From positions 1-56,337 of the forward strand of contig JANRLA010000060.1 of assembly GCA_033763015.1 (NCBI GenBank): a stretch of 56,337 nt of DNA. The letters are read 5' to 3'. The position numbers were made by a program, and so were the translations under genes. The notes beneath the pieces are model-generated. The model had not been told where the DNA came from. It saw only the letters and a list, made by a program, of their open reading frames with translations, and searched no databases. This stretch comes from Bacteroidia bacterium (lineage in GTDB: Bacteria; Bacteroidota; Bacteroidia; J057; JANRLA01). Shown here in pieces: positions 51,981 through 56,337 of the stretch. How positions within the stretch are numbered: the stretch's first letter is position 1; every line of letters begins with the position of its first letter.

Positions 51981-53138
51981 ATGCGATTGCTTTACCTCTG
52001 GGCCGCTTGCCTAGCCGTGCTGGGCTGCACCACCGGGCAAACCGAAACCCCACAGGCCGCCACACCCCAACTGCCCGGTGAGGCCGACCCCCGGCTGGGG
52101 TTTGTGCGCCTGCCCCCGGGCTTTAAGATTGCCTATTACGCCGAGGGGGTAGACAATGCCCGCTCGCTGTGCTGGGGCGCGAAGGGTACGCTCTTCGTGA
52201 GCACCCGCTCGGCAGGCAACGTATACGCCCTGCGCGATGAAGACGGCGACGGCAAGGCCGAAAAGCGCTACACAATCGCTACGGGCCTGCACATGCCCAA
52301 CGGCATCGCCTTCAAGGACGGTAGCCTATACGTAGCCGAGGTGAGCACCCTGTGGCGCTACGACAACATCGAGGCCAACCTGGCCCAACCGCCCAAACCC
52401 GTCAGCATCTACACGAACTACCCTACCGACGACCACCACGGCTGGAAGTACATCGCCTTTGGGCCCGATGGCAAGCTGTACATCCCCGTCGGTGCGCCCT
52501 GCAACATCTGCAACCACCCCGAGCAGCCGCTCTACGCCAGCATTACGCGCATGAACCCCGATGGCAGCGGGCGCGAGGTCTTTGCCTCGGGCGTGCGCAA
52601 TACGGTGGGCTTTACCTGGCACCCCACAACGCAGGAGCTGTGGTTTACCGACAATGGCCGCGACATGCTGGGCGACGACACCCCACCCTGCGAGCTCAAT
52701 CACGCCCCACGCGCGGGGATGCACTTCGGGTACCCCTTCTGCCACGGGGGCACGGTGCCAGACCCCGAGTACGGTACGCTGGGCCCCTGCGCCAACTACA
52801 CGGCCCCGGCCCAGAACCTGGGCCCCCACGTGGCGCCGCTGGGCCTGAAGTTCTACACCGGCACGCAGTTCCCCGAAGAGTACCGCAATCACCTGCTCAT
52901 TGCCGAGCACGGCAGCTGGAACCGGTCGCAGAAAATTGGCTACCGGGTGATGAAAGTGACCCTGGTAGGCGACAAGGCCATTGGCTATACCCCCTTTGCC
53001 GAGGGGTGGCTTGACCGTTCGGGCGGCAGTGAGGTTGTGCGTGGGCGGCCGGTGGATGTGCTGCTGCACCCCGATGGCTCGGTGCTCGTCTCCGACGACC
53101 ACGCTGATTGTGTGTACCGCATTTGGTATGCCGGGTAG
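51981..53138 (+). CDS. PQQ-dependent sugar/sorbosone dehydrogenase family lipoprotein
   Basis: Lipobox VLGC; HHGWK.IAFGPDG, GVRNTVG, DNGRD, HGSWNR and GRPVDV motifs. Confidence 0.92.
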   Translation: MRLLYLWAACLAVLGCTTGQTETPQAATPQLPGEADPRLGFVRLPPGFKIAYYAEGVDNARSLCWGAKGTLFVSTRSAGNVYALRDEDGDGKAEKRYTIATGLHMPNGIAFKDGSLYVAEVSTLWRYDNIEANLAQPPKPVSIYTNYPTDDHHGWKYIAFGPDGKLYIPVGAPCNICNHPEQPLYASITRMNPDGSGREVFASGVRNTVGFTWHPTTQELWFTDNGRDMLGDDTPPCELNHAPRAGMHFGYPFCHGGTVPDPEYGTLGPCANYTAPAQNLGPHVAPLGLKFYTGTQFPEEYRNHLLIAEHGSWNRSQKIGYRVMKVTLVGDKAIGYTPFAEGWLDRSGGSEVVRGRPVDVLLHPDGSVLVSDDHADCVYRIWYAG

Positions 53139-53188
53139 CGGGCCCTTTGATAACTTACCGGTAACCTACACCGCGCGACGACCACACT

Positions 53189-53668
53189 ATGACCACTACC
53201 ACACGCCCTGTGTACCGCACCGCCGACGACTACTTTGCGGCCTACGGCACCCATCACCAGAACCCCATCAACAAAGCCTTTCACTGGGTATGTGTGCCCT
53301 TGATCGTGCTGAGCCTACTGGGGCTACTCTGGGAGGTGCAACCACTCCCGCAGTACCCGTGGGCCAACCTGGCGGTGGCCACGGTGGTACTGGCCCAGGT
53401 GTTTTACCTGCGCCTGAGTGTGCCCCTGGGCCTGGGCATGCTGGTGTACAGTGGGCTGTCGATGGCCCTGTTGTACCGCCTAGACCTGCTGGGCTACCCC
53501 ATCTGGCTCATTAGCCTGGGGGTGTTTGTGGCGGCGTGGACTGGCCAGTTCATTGGGCACAAAATCGAGGGGGCGAAACCCTCGTTTCTGGAGGACGTCA
53601 AGTTTCTGCTCATCGGGCCCATCTGGCTGTTGGGCTTTGCGTACCGGCGCTGGGGCATCCGGTACTAG
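53189..53668 (+). CDS. DUF962/Mpo1-like membrane protein
   Basis: HQNPINKAFHWVCVP and QFIGHKIEG.KPSF motifs. Confidence 0.9.
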   Translation: MTTTTRPVYRTADDYFAAYGTHHQNPINKAFHWVCVPLIVLSLLGLLWEVQPLPQYPWANLAVATVVLAQVFYLRLSVPLGLGMLVYSGLSMALLYRLDLLGYPIWLISLGVFVAAWTGQFIGHKIEGAKPSFLEDVKFLLIGPIWLLGFAYRRWGIRY

Positions 53669-53744
53669 GCAACCTACCCCAAATGGGGGAATGTATCGGG
53701 GGTAGATGCCTGCTGGCGGCGCACCCGCGTATCTTTCCGAAACT

Positions 53745-54419
53745 ATGGCAGTAGTTGTTGTAACCGGCGCTTCACGTGGCCTGGGGTTGGCGCTGGCCAA
53801 GCGGTTCGCCGCCGGCGGCGATACGGTGTACGGGCTGGCGCGGAACCCCGAGCGGCTCGCACAGGCGCAGGCAGCGCACCCCGACATTGAATTCGCGGCG
53901 GTAGATGTGACCGACCCCGAGGCCGTACGCGACTACTTTAAAGGCCTAACGGGCGTAAATGTGCTCATTAACAACGCGGGTACCTTCACGCCCCACCCCA
54001 TCCGCGAAGAGCCCGAGGGGTTTTTGGAGCAGGTGCTGCGCGAGAATGTGCTCAGCGCCAGCTACTGCACCCATGCGGTACTGCAGGGCATGATCCGGCG
54101 CAAGGCGGGTACAATCGTCAACATCTGTAGCATCGCCAGCGTAAAGGGCTTCGCGACTGGTGGGGCGTACGTGGCCTCGAAACACGCGCTGCTGGGCTAC
54201 ACGCGCAGCCTGCGCGAAGAACTTAAACCCTACGGTATCGGTGTCATTGCCATCCTGCCCGGTGCGACGCTGACTAGCGCGTGGGACGGCACCGGCGTGG
54301 ACCCCACCCGCATCATGGACCCCGAGGCCGTGGCCGCCCTGGTACACGCCGCCGTACAGGCGGGGCCCGGCGCAGTTGTCGAAGAACTGATGGTACGGCC
54401 CGCCCTGGGCGACCTCTAG
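53745..54419 (+). CDS. SDR family oxidoreductase
   Basis: TGASRGLG, NNAG, YVASK and PGAT motifs. Confidence 0.92.
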   Translation: MAVVVVTGASRGLGLALAKRFAAGGDTVYGLARNPERLAQAQAAHPDIEFAAVDVTDPEAVRDYFKGLTGVNVLINNAGTFTPHPIREEPEGFLEQVLRENVLSASYCTHAVLQGMIRRKAGTIVNICSIASVKGFATGGAYVASKHALLGYTRSLREELKPYGIGVIAILPGATLTSAWDGTGVDPTRIMDPEAVAALVHAAVQAGPGAVVEELMVRPALGDL

Positions 54420-54437
54420 CCCCCGCCACCCGCCGAC

Positions 54438-55154
54438 ATGACACCCCAACCCCCCTGCTTGGTTACCGGTGCCAGCCGAGGTATCGGACGCGCGGTGGTG
54501 CTAGCCCTGGCCCGAGCGCAACGCGGTGCCCACCTGGTGGGCGTGGCCCGTAGCGCCGAGGCGCTGGCCACATTGGGGCCCGAGGTGGCAGCCTTGGGCG
54601 GCACCTTTGAGGCCCTGAGCGGCGATTTGGCAACCGAGCCCGGGCTGCTGCGGCTCCTCGAGCGGCTGCCGCCGCGTCTTCGGCTGGGCTATGTACTGCT
54701 CAACGCCGGGGCGCTGGTAAACAAGCCGTTTGTAGAAACCACGCCCAGCGATTGGCAGCACACGTTTGCTGTGAACGTACTGGGTCAGGCCGAGCTACTG
54801 CGCCAACTGCTCCTGCGCGAACGGGTAGCCCCAGGGGCCCACGTACTTTGGGTGAGTAGCCGGGCCGGTATTTCTGGACCCCGCAAGTACCCGGGCCTCA
54901 GCGCGTACAGTGCGAGCAAGGGGGCGGTGAGCATCCTAACCGAGCAGTTGGCCGAGGAGCTGGCCCCGCTGGGCATCAGCGTCAACGCCCTGGCGCTGGG
55001 GGGGGTACAGACCGAGATGTTTGCCGAGGCCTTCCCTGGCGCCGAGGCCCCCGCGCAGCCCCAGGCCGTGGGCGCGTACGTGGCCGACTTTCTGCTCACG
55101 GGCCACCGCCACTACAACGGCAAGGTGCTGCCCCTCACCCGTCAAACACCCTAG
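54438..55154 (+). CDS. SDR family oxidoreductase
   Basis: TGASRGIG, LNAG..VNKPF, YSASK and ALG.VQTEM motifs. Confidence 0.92.
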   Translation: MTPQPPCLVTGASRGIGRAVVLALARAQRGAHLVGVARSAEALATLGPEVAALGGTFEALSGDLATEPGLLRLLERLPPRLRLGYVLLNAGALVNKPFVETTPSDWQHTFAVNVLGQAELLRQLLLRERVAPGAHVLWVSSRAGISGPRKYPGLSAYSASKGAVSILTEQLAEELAPLGISVNALALGGVQTEMFAEAFPGAEAPAQPQAVGAYVADFLLTGHRHYNGKVLPLTRQTP

Positions 55155-55157
55155 GCC

Positions 55158-56337
55158 GTGCGGGGGTGGCGGGCGCGAACGGCGGGGTGGTTGGCGACGG
55201 GTGTGGGCCTGCTGGGAGCCGTGGGCGCCCTGGCGCAGGAGCGCCCACTGAAAGACCAGACGGTCACCTTCACGCAGTACATCGAAACCCTGACACGGCC
55301 CAGCACCGACAGTACCCGCCGCCTGTTTCTGGAAGGCACCCGCGTACGCTTCGACTATGGGGTCGACAAGCCGGGGATGGATGCCTGGTGGGCCAACGGT
55401 GGCCATGCGCTTACCAGCGGCCCAGGTCTAGTGAACAACTATAACGTCGAGTTCGACCCCGAATTCTGGCTCGTGGTGCGCGACCTGACCTTCGAAGCAG
55501 GGGTAGGTTTCGTGAGCTGCACGGGCCTCAAGTTTCTGGTCAAAGACTGCGTCTTTAAACAAGGGCTACGTTTCACTGGCAACGAGATCTCGTTTCTGGT
55601 CTTTGAAAACTGCCGGTTTGAGAATGGCGTAAAGTTTGACCGCAACACCGTAGCCGACCGCGTGGAGTTTACCAATTGCACGTTTTCGTTTGCGGGCGAG
55701 ACAGAAACCTCGGGTTTTGACCGCACCAGCCAAACGCTCTTAGTCTCGGCCAAGAACGACCCCCTCGACCTACGGCTCACCGGCTGCCGGTTTCTGGCCC
55801 CGCCCGCGGCGGCCACACTGCCGCAGTATGGCATTGGGCTACACAACAGCAGTTACACCAACCTTAGGCTGCAAGGCTGCACCTTTGACGCGCCACTCGA
55901 CCTCTCGCAGAGCATTGTGGCCAACCAGTTTACGCTCCAGCAGTGTACGCTCGGGCAGGGGCTGTACTCGAACGGCCTGTCGATCAACCAGCTAAATGCG
56001 CTGGTGGATTGGGGGAACCTGAAGGACTACCGGCTGCGGGTACGCGACCCTCAGTCGGGCCGCGTATGGGACGGCGAGTCGGCCTTCGGCACCGCCAACG
56101 AAACCCAATACACCCTACTGGCCAGTTGCTACGCCAACTTCTACAACACCTTCAAAAGCCAGGGCAACCGGTTTGCGGCCAACGCCGCCTACATCTAGCT
56201 CAAAACCATCGAGACCCGGCAGCAACGCCAGCTATACACCGAAACCGGCAGCAGCGAGGCGTATTTCATCTGGCTGATGGATCTGTTCCTGGAGGAGTTT
56301 TCCGACTTCGGCACCAACCCCATCCGCAGCATCCGCT
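55158..56337 (+). pseudogene. Secreted/membrane pentapeptide-like beta-helix protein interrupted by an in-frame TAG at 56196-56198; runs off the window end
   Basis: Signal peptide and F.NC.F-type repeats; the frame stays open after the TAG (LKTIETRQQ...FLEEFSDFGTNPIRSIR) with host-like codons. Confidence 0.6.

Noticed and set aside
56196-56198. Genome-wide TAG recoding or pyrrolysine
   Set aside because: TAG is the normal stop of many conserved genes here (nuoK, nuoD, lptE, thiC), which end at expected positions.

Overview
A 56 kb chromosomal window from a GC-rich Bacteroidota bacterium. Support for the phylum: TAnnTTTG -7 promoter boxes just upstream of several genes, the miaB / sigma-54 activator / lptE / hypothetical / secG gene order, GS-III, a fused E1 alpha-beta dehydrogenase, a TamL-type Omp85 lipoprotein and rpsO-pnp. 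Most of the window is housekeeping: nuoIJK, a separate nuoD, glnA (GS-III), an mntR-like regulator, miaB, secG, a TrmH methylase, an FeS cryptochrome/photolyase, folB, thiC, a TonB receptor, rpsO, pnp, ruvC and SDRs. No rRNA, tRNA, CRISPR array, integrase or transposase was recognised. The best candidates for new biology are: (1) an AT-rich two-gene module (ABC/AAA_21-type ATPase plus a small protein with a PD-(D/E)xK-like motif) fitted seamlessly into the miaB operon, a possible uncharacterised anti-phage or toxin-antitoxin system; (2) a variable region at 8.2-11.0 kb with a REP-like hairpin, an ~85 bp direct repeat flanking an esterase gene and an AT-rich putative Abi membrane protein; (3) a 1304-aa mostly disordered protein carrying six copies of a short S-[FM]-x-R-F motif; (4) three tandem paralogues of a small uncharacterised Bacteroidota family; (5) a beta-barrel OMP array with a remnant gene; (6) an in-frame TAG interrupting the last gene. 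Product calls come from motif recognition by eye, not database searches.
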